From contig CM108484.1 in NCBI GenBank assembly GCA_048537945.1, positions 8,995,785-9,059,784 of the forward strand: a DNA stretch of 64,000 nucleotides, given 5' to 3'. Below are positions 35,742 through 48,818 of the stretch, piece after piece. The stretch is from Mnemiopsis leidyi (lineage: Eukaryota). Below the pieces are notes generated by a model. It did no database searches, was not told the DNA's origin, and saw nothing but the letters and a program-made list of their open reading frames with translations. Each line of letters begins with the position of its first letter. Position 1 is the stretch's first letter. The position numbers were made by a program, and so were the translations under genes.

Positions 35742-35868
35742 CCTTTTTCTGACGTTAATGAGAATAGCTCTACCCTCCACATCCACACACAGGAGCATGT
35801 TTCCACAGGGCGATAAGGTGAAACATTCCATGTTCTTTCGGGTCTCGAACGGTAATGTTATCGTCTTA
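35742..35868 (-). CDS. PWP2: PWP2 exon 2, SKTITLPFETRKNMECFTLSPCGNMLLCVDVEGRAILINVRKR
   Basis: Acceptor gaacttcag| and donor AGG|GTGAGA. Matches SDTLPLATRYNVKCVGLSPDGRLAIIVDEGGDALLVSLVCRS. Confidence 0.8.
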
Positions 35869-36074
35869 CTGAAGTTCAAATATTTGGAATTCTTGGTTTT
35901 TGGAACGTTGAAATAAGCATGAGCGGAAAAGGGCGATCTTTGTTTGACAGTCGGAGAAACAGTGGTCTAGTTTTATATTGATTTCGTTAGTAGCATCTTT
36001 TAGTGAGTAACATCTAAATGAAAAATACAGGAGGTATTTTTAGTGGAAGTGGTCACAAATAGTTTGTATCACGC

Positions 36075-36150
36075 GATGGCATTGCTCGATAGTGATTATT
36101 GGTCAATCGCTGCCACATGATACAAAAAATATGTGACCCTTCCCAAAAAA
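36075..36150. repeat. Second copy (partial) of the 14694-14827 inverted-repeat element, inside PWP2 intron 1
   Basis: The shared core is gg(c/t)caatcgctg(c/t)cacatga(t/a)a(c)aaaaaat...gac(c/t)c(t)tcc(c)caa. Confidence 0.45.
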
Positions 36151-36194
36151 CCTTTCTCTCTTAAGATTCTAAAAATGTAAATTTCGTATCAGAC

Positions 36195-36328
36195 CTGCCT
36201 TTCATGTCGAAGATAGTGATTCTACTGCCGACAGGACTGAGTAGTTTGTTGCTGTCTGGGGTGAAGATGAGGTTTCCTCCTTTGTATACGGTGCCACACA
36301 AGTTACTGAACTCATAGCTAAACTTCAT
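36195..36328 (-). CDS. PWP2: PWP2 exon 1 with start codon, MKFSYEFSNLCGTVYKGGNLIFTPDSNKLLSPVGSRITIFDMKG
   Basis: The ATG is at 36328-36326 on the minus strand. Donor GGCAG|GTCTGA. Matches the PWP2 N-terminus MKFAYRFSNLLGTVYRRGNLNFTCDGNSVISPVGNRVTVFDLK. Confidence 0.85.
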
Positions 36329-37157
36329 CTCCTATTTGTGTGACTTTTTTCATTTTCATAGGAACACACTTATTTACTATTCAATCAGCACTGTCTACAT
36401 TGACGGAAAGAAAAAAGGACGTTTAATTTGCTTATTTAAAAGCCTAACAAATTGAACTTCGAGAATTAAATTTAAACAGTTTTCAAAGATAATACTTTTG
36501 ACATTGTGATCGTGTTGAATGTTATCAATTAGACAAGTTGGCCGTTGGGATCGATCTTTGTTGAAATCACTTTGCGATGTTACACAAGGAGCAATTTCTA
36601 AGAGACTATGTCATCATCACTTAGCAATCTTATAGCAGCAAGTCCATTTTAAGTTGAGCAATTGTGGCAAAAGATTGCGCAAATAAAATAATGTTTGTCA
36701 AAAGACAAACCCACTAGAATACTGTTGACGCACAATAAACTATATTGCGCAACACAAGTTATGACTTATGTGTAATAATCTCTCTCAAGGAAATGAATGT
36801 AAAAGAAGTACCGAAATAGTGAAGAAGACATAATGAAAATATAATGACAATTGGAAATCGGTAGGTATAAAATAGTTCCGATAATCTAAATGAAGCTTCA
36901 AGATAATCCAATATTTCGTTACTTTCATCTTTATTAATATCATAAAGTTTATGATTGAAAAGGTAATATCTGATTATTTCTGTACAAATTAGACATAATA
37001 ATTTATTGCGGCCTTGAATATAAAGCTAGGTTAAAAATAAAATATCTTAATATAAACATAGACATAAATTAACTTGTTAAAGTATGAAAATTGTTTGTAA
37101 TTCGTAATCAAAATAGAAACTCGTGAAAAGTCAAATCCGCGTAATCCGACTAAATAT

Positions 37158-37751
37158 CTATCTATCGGCAGGTTTATCAGCCTCACTCTGCTTCTTATTC
37201 TCCTGAACAATTTTAAACCGAACTTCGCTGGCGTGGTCCTCCAGGATACTGTTCACCAGGCCCCGGTGTTTTTCCATGATTGTCCTGCAGCCCGCATGTA
37301 CCTTCCCTCCCTTGAACTTCTGTCTTCTTCTCTTACTGTCTCTCTGTAACTTTACCAGCTCCAGTTTCGACTTGGCTCGAGCTTCCTCTTTCTGTTTCAT
37401 CTTTTCTTCCGGGTCAAATTCTTGGAGATCTGCCAAGTTAAGCTGGTTAGGCAGCTCGCTGCTGTTTTCCAAAAGAAAAGTGTACAGTTCTAGCTTAGCG
37501 GCTGATGGGAGGAGGTTAAAAGCAGCGGTGAAATCCCCAGAAACATGGTTGTTCTCGTACAACTCCGATATTTTGTTTTCTATTTTAGGATCAAGAGATG
37601 GAGGGGACGGTTTTTTTCGTTTTTGAGACGGGGAATAGTTTAGAAACTTTTCTAGATCGTACCCGATGTCGGTGACAAAGTTCTCGATTGTCCGCTGTAG
37701 CTCCTCTATTTTCTCGTACAATTTCACTTCATTGATACTCAGTTCTGACAT
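37158..37751 (-). CDS. Hypothetical 197-aa protein with a K/E-rich coiled coil and a basic C-terminal patch (KRRRQKFKGGKVHAGCRTIMEKHRGLVNSILEDH); single exon; not recognised
   Basis: Clean ORF from ATG to stop with no internal frame problems. Lysine-rich composition fits a nuclear protein. No family assignment is possible without a search. Confidence 0.4.
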   Translation of the reverse strand: MSELSINEVKLYEKIEELQRTIENFVTDIGYDLEKFLNYSPSQKRKKPSPPSLDPKIENKISELYENNHVSGDFTAAFNLLPSAAKLELYTFLLENSSELPNQLNLADLQEFDPEEKMKQKEEARAKSKLELVKLQRDSKRRRQKFKGGKVHAGCRTIMEKHRGLVNSILEDHASEVRFKIVQENKKQSEADKPADR

Positions 37752-39242
37752 TGCCCTGAATATTCGTGCTATCTCAAAAATTATTGCAAATCATAAAATC
37801 GACTGTTTAAAATTTACGGCCATCTTTCTTCCTTAAATCAAACTTTGTAATTGTGTAGTATACTGTAATTAGCAGCTATTGCACTTATTTTGAATTTGCC
37901 GCAATCTCATAAAACGATAATTTTAACGATTTTGTAACATGCCCGAATTGTCAAGCGGTACTTGACAATCTTAGCTCCGAAAAGTAAAATTTTACAGCGA
38001 TCATTAGGTCATTTTAAGATTCTTAAACATCATTTCTGGGGAGATTTATCTCGTCAAATTTTCGCAAGGAACACAATATATACACATATATTCACACCGT
38101 GTGTTAAATCATACTGCCTTTTGCTATGTGACATCGTGTAGTGAATGTGGCCGACAAAAGATAGAAGTAGGAAATTGCTAACTTCGCTTCGGACACAATG
38201 AAGCTCGTACCAAACCTTACTACAGTTATTTTATCTTTTATTGTTATTTACATTCGTGTACCACGGTCTAGATAACAGTTTTCTGAACGCAGAATGTATA
38301 CAATGGAGTATGTGTACTTGAGACGTGACACAGGACTGTGTAGAACTGCAGTGTTCTGATGTGGGAGAGTTCATTATTAACTTATTGGAACAAAATGAAC
38401 ATCACATGATGAATATAGTAGGAAGTATTTCAGCAATTTTACAGACGTAGCCACGTATTTTTCTACAATTTACAACTTAAAAAGGGCTTATTAGGACGGA
38501 AACGAATTCAAGTTGGCACCCTAACTCTTCATCTTTATTCCAATCTTCAATAAATTAATCTAGCAAAATGATACAAACTATTCTCGATCAGGCATTGTTT
38601 TATATATAAATTATTAAGCATAAAGTTTTAAAGTTGAAAATATGCTTTACATTATGTTTTTAACGTGTGTGTCGGTGCAAAAACGTGGTTCTTACCTCTC
38701 AACCTACGTGTTTTATGATATCAAAGTTATTATCCTAAAATATCTTAAATATCCTAAAATATTCAAGACTTTTATTTGCATTTTTATTTGCATTTTCCGT
38801 TCGTTCAGCATAATCAGGTTTTATAAATGTAAATCTATTCAATTATGGAAATTGAGGTTTAAGTAAAAAATTAATTAGAAAAAAACGTCAAAGATCATCT
38901 TAAAACAATTGATCAATTTATTTTTCATTGTATTTTACGCGTAACTGCAGCAAAGTTTAATACATTAAATAGCCCTTGAAACCTCTCTTACACCAATAAT
39001 TTTATGTGAGATCGACTTATCGGTTAACGATTATTGAAAAAATCACTGAGTATTCTCAATCATATGTTCTACGCCAGTTTCAACGCATATGTCATGCAAA
39101 GGGCTATCAAACCTATACAATATACAATATTCAAGTTCATTAAATCAAACCAAAAGAATAATTTTAATTTTCTTTAAGGGTTTCTGAACAATTGTGGTCA
39201 AACAGAACTTGAAATTTAGAAGTATCTATAGCAAGGTAAAAA

Positions 39243-40688
39243 TCAGAGAGTTTTCGATTTGTCTTTCGTAGGATCGATTTTCAGATTATTGTTTGCAGAT
39301 TCTTTTTTTCTGTTGTTTCTACTTCCAAATCTAGCTCGGTTGATAAGGGATCTAGTCTTGTCGATAAAAGAGAAATGTTTAGTAGGAGTTGGTTCGTTCG
39401 AGGTGTCCGCTCGGTCTCCCTCTGTCTTAATAGCCCAGCTAGGTTTTCGAACACCAACCGAATCAAAAGATCCAGTGCTACCTTGGTGAATTTCAAGAGC
39501 TTTGACGGAGTCCAAAGTAGTGCAGGATCGTCTGGTGGACTTGGTGGAAAACTGACGGGCGGGTTTTCTCGGCGGAACAGGATTTCTGGAGACGTGAGGA
39601 GCAGGGAGTTTAGGCGGCAGGATATGCGGACTGGGAGTCACAGTGGACAGGGGCAGTCTGACTTGGTAGGGCATGTAAAGCGGGTCTCCGTTCAAGGACT
39701 GGTGTCTCCTGACCGTTGGTTTTGTGGGTTTCTTGCGGTGCCTAAAGGAGCTAGAGCCACCTAAAGGGCGGAGTTTTGGGAAGGTGTTTTCAGAGGTTAG
39801 CTTTGAGGAGAGATTGAGATCAGTTAGGGCTTGTAAAGCAAGGGCTTTACAGAGAGCGGTGTTTTGGTCGTGACTCTCACCTGGGGCCACCTCTTCAAGG
39901 AGGTTTTCCTGATTTAAGCGAGTTCCATCTTCGACAACCATGCTGTCCCCTTTATTAATTGGAACGACTGTAGGACACTCGGAGGATATTTCCGACAGAG
40001 GTTCGTAGTAGGCTTGAGAACTTTGTGGGAAGACGTGAGACACAGTGTCGTATGATATAGGAGTGCTTAAAGTTGAGCTGTTTATTAGACTCATTCTGTT
40101 TCCCAAATGTCGACTGGACATAGATGCTCTTGAAATGGGCATTTGAGAGGGTGCTTCTGAAGTTATAGGTGAGTTATCTTGAGGAGTTTGGGAAAGAGAC
40201 CAGGATCGAAGTAACGAGCTTGGATTTGAAAAAGGAGTCGAAGGAAAGGAAGCATATGTTGCCATTGTGAACCTACTGTCAGTGTACTCGGATAGACTCT
40301 GCAGAAGGTTTACTTTACTCTCGTCTGTAACTGTAGAGGGTCCTCCTATTTCATGAATTAAAGTGGACGGAGTTTCAGGGTACGCTGCTCCCGTTACTCC
40401 ACCCAAACTCTCCAACAGCTGTAGAGAAGCCCGAGCGTACTGAGCCATCGCTGCCTGGAACTCATTCTGGGGCTCCATGTTGTCAAGTGTCTGAAAAGCA
40501 AGTCTGAGGTCGCCCCGACAGGAGGTCATCTGAGTGAGCGAGGCTGAGGCGATGTTATCCATCGTGCTTACAACATCACTCAAATGATGCGACTCCCATT
40601 CCGGCGAGCCCGGACTCCCACCACCGGAAACGATGTGCTGCAGCGCATCCCGCAGATTCAATTTCATGTCATACCGACATCTAATCAA
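39243..40688 (-). CDS. Hypothetical 481-aa S/P/T-rich, predicted disordered protein. It could be the large terminal exon of a bigger gene. Not recognised.
   Basis: A 1.4-kb ORF in an AT-rich genome is unlikely by chance. The N-terminal 100 aa (ALQHIVSGGGSPGSPEWESHH...AMAQYARASLQLLESLGG) are less biased in composition. A possible acceptor lies right at the start (ttgattag|ATG). Confidence 0.35.
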   Translation of the reverse strand: MIRCRYDMKLNLRDALQHIVSGGGSPGSPEWESHHLSDVVSTMDNIASASLTQMTSCRGDLRLAFQTLDNMEPQNEFQAAMAQYARASLQLLESLGGVTGAAYPETPSTLIHEIGGPSTVTDESKVNLLQSLSEYTDSRFTMATYASFPSTPFSNPSSLLRSWSLSQTPQDNSPITSEAPSQMPISRASMSSRHLGNRMSLINSSTLSTPISYDTVSHVFPQSSQAYYEPLSEISSECPTVVPINKGDSMVVEDGTRLNQENLLEEVAPGESHDQNTALCKALALQALTDLNLSSKLTSENTFPKLRPLGGSSSFRHRKKPTKPTVRRHQSLNGDPLYMPYQVRLPLSTVTPSPHILPPKLPAPHVSRNPVPPRKPARQFSTKSTRRSCTTLDSVKALEIHQGSTGSFDSVGVRKPSWAIKTEGDRADTSNEPTPTKHFSFIDKTRSLINRARFGSRNNRKKESANNNLKIDPTKDKSKTL

Positions 40689-41380
40689 AGGCTAAAACGC
40701 ACGTATGTCAATTCGAAGTTGGGAGATAAGTTAAAAATATGCACTGTCGTCAGAAAAAAAGATGTAATGTAGCCAGTACATGGGCTGGGGCGAACTGTGT
40801 GGCTTGAAGTCGAGATGTCATAGGCTTCTCTAATTGGACGAAACTAATTGCATAAAATTATCAGCCTAATTTTTAGGTGCAAATACTTGCTGAAATTAAT
40901 TAACGAATTCCAAAGTTCCTTTTGAAGTTTTATGCGTAAAGTTGGTTGATTAATATTCATGGGCTCATACCAATTTTTCCCGGAATTTTAACGCTCGTGA
41001 AGGCTTTATTTATCGTAAAACAAAGTTTATCACAAGAAAACGTAAATTGCAAACAAAGAAACCAGTGACCAGCCAGCAATAATTACAAAGGGAATATTTG
41101 CAACTATCATAAATCAGCCTAACAAAAAATACTCATAGCGCCATAACGTCAAGAGTGCTACTGCTTAAATGTCAACATTTGCCCTTCAGCACAAGAATTC
41201 ATATAAAAACGTCAGCATTTATAAAACGTCCGGTTAACGTCAGGTGTCTAAAATAGACTTGTAAAAAATTGCCGAAACCAGCGGCAAACAAAATAAAGAT
41301 ATATCTTGTCATCAACTCAAAGGAAAGAGAAAATTTGAAAAATTTCCCCCCTAGATATCCAAATTCCAGACTGCAGTCGG

Positions 41381-41905
41381 CTACTCTAGGTATCTGACCC
41401 GCTGTGCGGCAATATAAAACCTGGTCTTATCGGTAATGTCGTGCCAACCTATCGGTCCCACCTCGCAGTCCGCACAAGACAGAAACTTGATGTTCTCCAC
41501 AAGGTGAGAGACACCGATATTCTCGAATGCCATCAAAGAGTTGAGTAACCAGAACCTGGTCACTATCTCATGCTCGGGTGCGTCTACTTTGTACCGAGAC
41601 ATCTTCATTTCACTCTCCACCAGCACAGCCGTGTCTGCTAGACAGATCTTGCTCCTGCATCTGGGGCAGTGGATCTGCTTGTTCTTACTCCCCATCTCAC
41701 ACTCAACAGACTCGCAGCCCACCAGGGGCAGGTTGGCTGACTGGTTGGCGTTGTTCTCGCTTGATATTGGAGTTCCTCCCATTAGAAGTTTTTGGATTTC
41801 TCGGAGTTGTTCTGCTGTCAGCTGCTGCTGGGGAATGATGTCGTTATCTGTAGGGAGCTGTTCTGTGGAATCAGAGGAGGGTTGTTGCTCGGTGTTACTT
41901 GACAT
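41381..41905 (-). CDS. RABIF: MSS4/RABIF-type Rab guanine-nucleotide exchange factor/chaperone (Mss4 domain) with a ~70-aa Q/S-rich N-terminal extension, single exon
   Basis: The C-terminal 100 aa carry the Mss4 signature: HCPRCRSKICLADTAVL...RFWLLNSLMAFENIGVSHLVENIKFLSCADCEVGPIGWHDITDKTRFYIAAQRV. Compare human WLVEDMFIFENVGFTKDVGNIKFLVCADCEIGPIGWHCLDDKNSFYVALERV. Confidence 0.8.
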   Translation of the reverse strand: MSSNTEQQPSSDSTEQLPTDNDIIPQQQLTAEQLREIQKLLMGGTPISSENNANQSANLPLVGCESVECEMGSKNKQIHCPRCRSKICLADTAVLVESEMKMSRYKVDAPEHEIVTRFWLLNSLMAFENIGVSHLVENIKFLSCADCEVGPIGWHDITDKTRFYIAAQRVRYLE

Positions 41906-43451
41906 ATTAGCCTGTCACAGAGATTGTATTAGGATATTATAAGTTTAAATCAATCATTCATCGACATTATGGAGGAAAACAACTGAACATGATGTTTTAA
42001 AATAAATCATATTGAAGTTTGAAAATTACTTCTATTATAATGATCAAAGAAATGGCAAATTATGTGATTCAAACTTCATATTATAAAATTCACTTTTATC
42101 ATTTTGAAAAAAGGAAGAAACTTTCGTTTTCACAAAATTTATTCAAATTTAACTCGTAAATATTCTATACAGTTCTACATTGAATACATTCGCACAATTT
42201 GTTGAAATCATTTCCATCTGTAATCAAAATAGCTACAATCACAATTTTCTAATAAATAAAATAATTTTTTATCATAGATAGTAATTCGCAATTTTACCAT
42301 TTATTTTAACTGTTAACTTTTCCAATAGTTTTGGCTAAAAATTCGTTGAAATTTTGGGCATGACATACCCATTTAGAAAATTAAATGCCACTTTTAATGT
42401 AATGCAATTTTGCAATGCACGCACCCTTTAAAGAAACTCAAATCTTTCAGATTATTCAAATTGCAATCCTCATCGTTCACCGAATTTAGAAAGAAACCAG
42501 TCCTCTCGTTTTGTGTCTCAATCATAAATATTGCTCTGAGAACATGAGTGCGCAATACTTAGACAGCAGGATACAGAAAACTAAAATTGTAATCTTTAAC
42601 TAAAACGAAAGTCATAAACACAAAACATTAGCTCAACAAATCGCTTACAAGTTACTTAATTATGCAGATTGCACGCGATGCCTCTGATATATAAAACGTG
42701 AAATATCTCACATTTTTAAGTTTGATTATCTGAGTCTGGCCAATATCCGGGCTGAAGACTTACAAAAGATATATTGTGAAAACTTCTGATAACACAAAAA
42801 ATTTTGTTAGTTACTCAAGAATGTTGCACTAAAAGTAAAGTTGGTCTGAGATCCAATAAGATTCGTCATAGTTATAAACTATCAATACCTCCCTCATTTC
42901 ATTTCTTGCGGTTTCGTTAAAAGAATTACAACCGAAGTTGTATAGCTACAGATTTCACATTGCACAAGAAAATTAAACCGACAAATTGAAAAATACATCA
43001 TACATCATAAATATTAGATATTAGATATATGATAATACATCAATAATAAATAATTTTTAGAATCAGATTAAACGAAATACCACACAAAATGCAAATTCAT
43101 TAAAACTTCTTCAAGCGGAGATACTAAAACCAAAAAGAACCAAAACCATGGATCTAGATTTTCAAGCCTCAAAAAGCCTAGCCATATTTCTACTAATTTC
43201 ATCTAGATAAAAAATATCTCAACCTGTTAGAAGCCAAGCTCTGCAGGGCTTGCAGGCCGAACACAATCATTTTATAAGATAGACTTGTACATGGGTGTAA
43301 TCATCACATTTAAAGACCACTGTTCCAACTTCTGCTGGTTTAATCACTAATTGTTCACACGAATGCCATAAACTACATATGGTGACACGTTTTTAATAGT
43401 GGATGTTGGAGAGTCCACACTGTACAGGCCTACACGCTAATAAACTTAGAC

Positions 43452-43541
43452 TCAACACAAACATGATGAATCAGAGGCCTGAGATTTGTTGAGAGGGACT
43501 GTGTCTGCTTTATCTTCCAGGTCATTTACGCTATCGGCCAT
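43452..43541 (-). CDS. RAB3: Rab3-like GTPase exon 6 (terminal), MADSVNDLEDKADTVPLNKSQASDSSCLC*
   Basis: Acceptor cctttcag|. Ends with the CLC prenylation motif and a TGA stop. Confidence 0.7.
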   Translation of the reverse strand: MADSVNDLEDKADTVPLNKSQASDSSCLC

Positions 43542-43718
43542 CTGAAAGGAATGGGGTTTTATTTTACGACCTAAAATAGGAAAATTCTGATTCCGTTTTC
43601 AAACGTTCGATGTCTGGAGTTCAGACGCAGCGTATTTTACAATCTTATGAGAAACTTTTTGTCATGCTACTGATTTGAAAGTAAGTTCGCTAATTGGGCT
43701 ATTCTTGAGAAAGGTTAC

Positions 43719-43823
43719 CTGCACACATATCGAGCTCACTAGAGCATGAAACGTGGATTGTACACTGTCTGAAGTTTTGGCGCTTGCTTCAAAGAAATCA
43801 TATCCCAACTCACTTGCGAGATC
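43719..43823 (-). CDS. RAB3: Rab3-like exon 5, DLASELGYDFFEASAKTSDSVQSTFHALVSSICVQ
   Basis: Acceptor aaattccag| and donor GCAG|GTAACC. Matches Rab3 [33 protein letters not shown]. Confidence 0.8.
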
Positions 43824-43954
43824 CTGGAATTTATAAAATTGGAACATAATCCAAACTTATTGCGATCTATGCATATGATGAAATCGATCTAGACAGGTTT
43901 TCCCAAAAACAAAATATATCTAGCATAGTCTTAGTGACCAAGTGTGCGACAGTA

Positions 43955-44100
43955 ACAGTGAAACCTCTATTTACACGGTAACTAGAGGCACGGTAAAAAG
44001 ATGTTTTACTGTATCGAGAAATAATTGGGGAAATGGAGAAGCCCGGTGAATCGAGGGACACGGTAAATAGAGGCACGGTAAATAGAGGTCTAACAGTACT
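43955..44100. repeat. Rearranged fragment of the Tc1-type MITE family (CCCGGTGAATCGAGGG, CACGGTAAATAGAGG motifs) inside Rab3 intron 4
   Basis: Shares terminal and subterminal motifs with the 19543-20152 element. Confidence 0.45.
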
Positions 44101-44103
44101 TAC

Positions 44104-44199
44104 TTTGCCACGTTGGGTCGGCACGGCACGCTGGTCCTCCAAATCGCTCTTGTTCGCCACAATGATAATCTGTGCGTTCCCGAAACTATGCTGCTGGAC
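44104..44199 (-). CDS. RAB3: Rab3-like exon 4, VQQHSFGNAQIIIVANKSDLEDQRAVPTQRGK (G4 NKxD)
   Basis: Donor AAA|GTAAGT. The acceptor is an unusual AAG. Matches [32 protein letters not shown]. Confidence 0.7.
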
Positions 44200-44719
44200 C
44201 TTGTGATAATGTATCTGTGTTTAACATTAAGAGGACAGTTCTCGAGAAGTATGTGCTTCTCACAGCCCGCTCTCAACACGCCTCTCAGTAAAACAAGTGT
44301 CTTTGTGGCTGGACTTTTGTGCTGTACAAAAAAACCGGAAGTGACACACAACACAGAACGAACTACACTTACACATCCTTTGTATACATATTTTCTAGAC
44401 AACATGAGAGGAGATGTTATCTACATGCCACATACTACATTGTCACACTGAACGTTAAGCTTACCAAAAGAATTTGGCATGCTTCTGTAGCAAGAGGAAA
44501 GCCTCTGGACAAATGACAAAAATCAAATTTAAAAAGAAGTCTGAAGTTACAGGACAGTAAATAGCAATGTCAGTGCGTAGCAGTATTAAGGAATTTTAAC
44601 ATAACGAAAAGTCACTAAATGGAATTTTCTAATAAGTAAATTATCTTGCCATTTTTCATCAACACAAATACTATTTTATTTGCAAATAAAAGTTTATGCT
44701 AATTGATAGACATAAGTAC

Positions 44720-44833
44720 CTGACTCAGCCAATTCCTTATGTCAAGAAAAGATGTTTCGTTGGTAATATCATACATGACTAGAAATCCCATGGCATGGCG
44801 GTAGTACTGAGTTGTTATGATCTTATACCTCTC
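44720..44833 (-). CDS. RAB3: Rab3-like exon 3, [38 protein letters not shown]
   Basis: Acceptor cattttcag| and donor CAG|GTACTT. Matches [38 protein letters not shown]. Confidence 0.85.
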
Positions 44834-45000
44834 CTGAAAATGGGATTAAATTTGGAGTAATCAATATCATCATGTAATCATGTATGTTCACAAGCATAGC
44901 AAATAGATCGATAAAAATAATCAATGATTATACTGGGAATTTTAAAACAAATTGTAAACGGTCAAGTTCAGCCGGTTTAAGTCATCAAAAGATGTCCAAC

Positions 45001-45120
45001 CTGACCAGCAGTGTCCCAAACTTGAAGTTTTATTCTTTTATCTTTTACTGTTACAGTTTTAACTTTAAAATCAATCCCAACTGTGCTCACAAACGCTGGA
45101 TTAAATTTTCCCTCACAATA
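45001..45120 (-). CDS. RAB3: Rab3-like exon 2, [40 protein letters not shown] (switch I/II)
   Basis: Acceptor ttttttcag| and donor CAG|GTTGGA. Matches [40 protein letters not shown]. Confidence 0.85.
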
Positions 45121-45365
45121 CTGAAAAAATTATAACTCGTTATTTCAACCCTAGGCCCAAACAAATCAGAACAGTGGTCAGAAACACATATCATAATATT
45201 ATAAAACCGGTATATGAAAATCAGACCAACACTCATGGTGGTATGTGGTATTTTTATTACAATATATGCCAATAGTGTGAATTCGAACATGATTATGTGT
45301 AAACTAATTACAATATGATATGATAGGAACATACCAATTCTTCGAATGTACATGGTGATACATAC

Positions 45366-45503
45366 TTGTAATAAGAATGAGGTCTTGCCAACTCCAGAGT
45401 TTCCAATCAGCAGAATTTTAAACATGCAATCGAAATTCATGTCACTGTACTCTGCCCCAGGATTGCTTTCCGCTAATGGTGTTTCTGAAGCAGTTGGAGC
45501 CAT
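45366..45503 (-). CDS. RAB3: Rab3-like exon 1 with start codon, MAPTASETPLAESNPGAEYSDMNFDCMFKILLIGNSGVGKTSFLLQ (P-loop)
   Basis: Donor CAA|GTATGT. Matches the Rab3 N-terminus ...[29 protein letters not shown]. Confidence 0.8.
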
Positions 45504-46049
45504 TGCAAACAGAGCAGAAGTGAAGCCTTTACATCATTCTAAGAAAAAGTTGGGGGTTACTAATATTTCATAATTAATAAGTACCATCTAATTTAGTGTG
45601 AATTTTCAGTTTATGTATGAAATATTGGCAGATAATTTGATTAGTCTTAATAAGGGCGTTTTGTGCTTGTGGTGCATTAAGTGTACGAAATTGTGTATTA
45701 GCTTTTTAAAAATTCAGACAGGATTTCGAAATCCAACTCATCTTTGATCAGTTTTAATATAATACACCCTAATACATTTCTTTCATTCACTACACAAATA
45801 TACATTATATCCACTTGTCAAACAAAGACATTATGACTCCTAGATTTTTTAGCAGTAAGGAATATAAAATAGGGATAGGACCATAAAGTTATAAAACATC
45901 TTTTCATCTTTAAGAATTCTCACAACAGATCTTTGCAACAAGTCTTCAGAGTGTTTGTTCAGTACCATAACATCACTTTGGCTGCCTTTGCTAATGTCAA
46001 TAGATCAATAGTCAACTTCAGCTTCAGTACAAATTTGATGAGAAATTGC

Positions 46050-46487
46050 TCACTTGAAACTACCAGTGCTTAATGTAATTGTGTCAAGATATTCAATGGG
46101 CTGGGGAGGAGCAGTTTCTTCTTCACTGATTTCAGCAGAAACAAATGCTTTTAATTTGAAGTTTTTCAAATTAGGCACAACAAGTTGAGGGATCATCAAA
46201 GGATCTTCTACAAAAGCACTTGAGTCTTTCGATAAGTAACCATACTGAGAGGTGGTTCTTTTATTATATCTCCAATACGACCCAGTTCGGTCATCCTTTC
46301 CAGTTTTTGGTCCCCTGTGTTTGAATGGCTTTATGAACCTGTCTCGTCGAATACAAGCACTAGCAACACGCCCAATAATTCCAGTTGTCATTAACCTTGC
46401 TGAAAGATTGTCAATTATTGAACTCCATATACTATATATAAGAAATTCAAATATACGTAATTGAACAGTGCTAAAATTTTCATACAA
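46050..46487 (-). CDS. Hypothetical 145-aa basic protein (...GIIGRVASACIRRDRFIKPFKHRGPKTGKDDRTGSYWRYNKRT...), unrecognised
   Basis: ORF only. The composition is compatible with a small organellar or ribosomal-type protein, but no confident family match was found by eye. Confidence 0.25.
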   Translation of the reverse strand: MYENFSTVQLRIFEFLIYSIWSSIIDNLSARLMTTGIIGRVASACIRRDRFIKPFKHRGPKTGKDDRTGSYWRYNKRTTSQYGYLSKDSSAFVEDPLMIPQLVVPNLKNFKLKAFVSAEISEEETAPPQPIEYLDTITLSTGSFK

Positions 46488-47047
46488 ATCTTAAGAATAC
46501 ATCAAAATAAGACAACATTACAATTTGAAAATCAGCACAGTAACAAAGTTTTAGGACATGTCACTTATGGTGATCTTGACTTGAAAGCAAATATTTGCTG
46601 TATGGGGCATAAGGCCCATATCCTTAAATAATTCAGAAAAAAATTGGGAGAAAATTTTATTGACCCAGGCTTTTGTCAATTATTACTAGCGACGCCCTAT
46701 CACCCATTTGAAAGCCTTGCATAAGAGAACCATTTGCCCCTTCAGAATTATGCATAATTGGATTTGAATGTGAATCAAATTTTCACAGCAAAAACACAAA
46801 ATTATAACAAGTGTTATGGCAGCTATGTTTTGTCAGTAATGATTGCTTTGGCTTCTTCTTTGTAGGGGGATGTGGCGCTTAAAAGAAGTAGCACCGCTGT
46901 GAGATAAGGCAGGGACGGCCTTGTACTCTCCCCAGTCATGTAATTTAGTTTAAATTTTTGAGCTCTGGTTATTCCATATCGTTGTTTGTGCCAATCAGTG
47001 TTGGTTGAAACGATTCGTGGAACATATGTAGTCGACTATTTTCCTGA

Positions 47048-48810
<1,763 letters not shown>

Positions 48811-48818
48811 ATAGTAGC
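48811..48818. repeat. Right 8-bp target-site duplication ATAGTAGC of the hAT element
   Basis: See 47082-47089. Confidence 0.75.
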
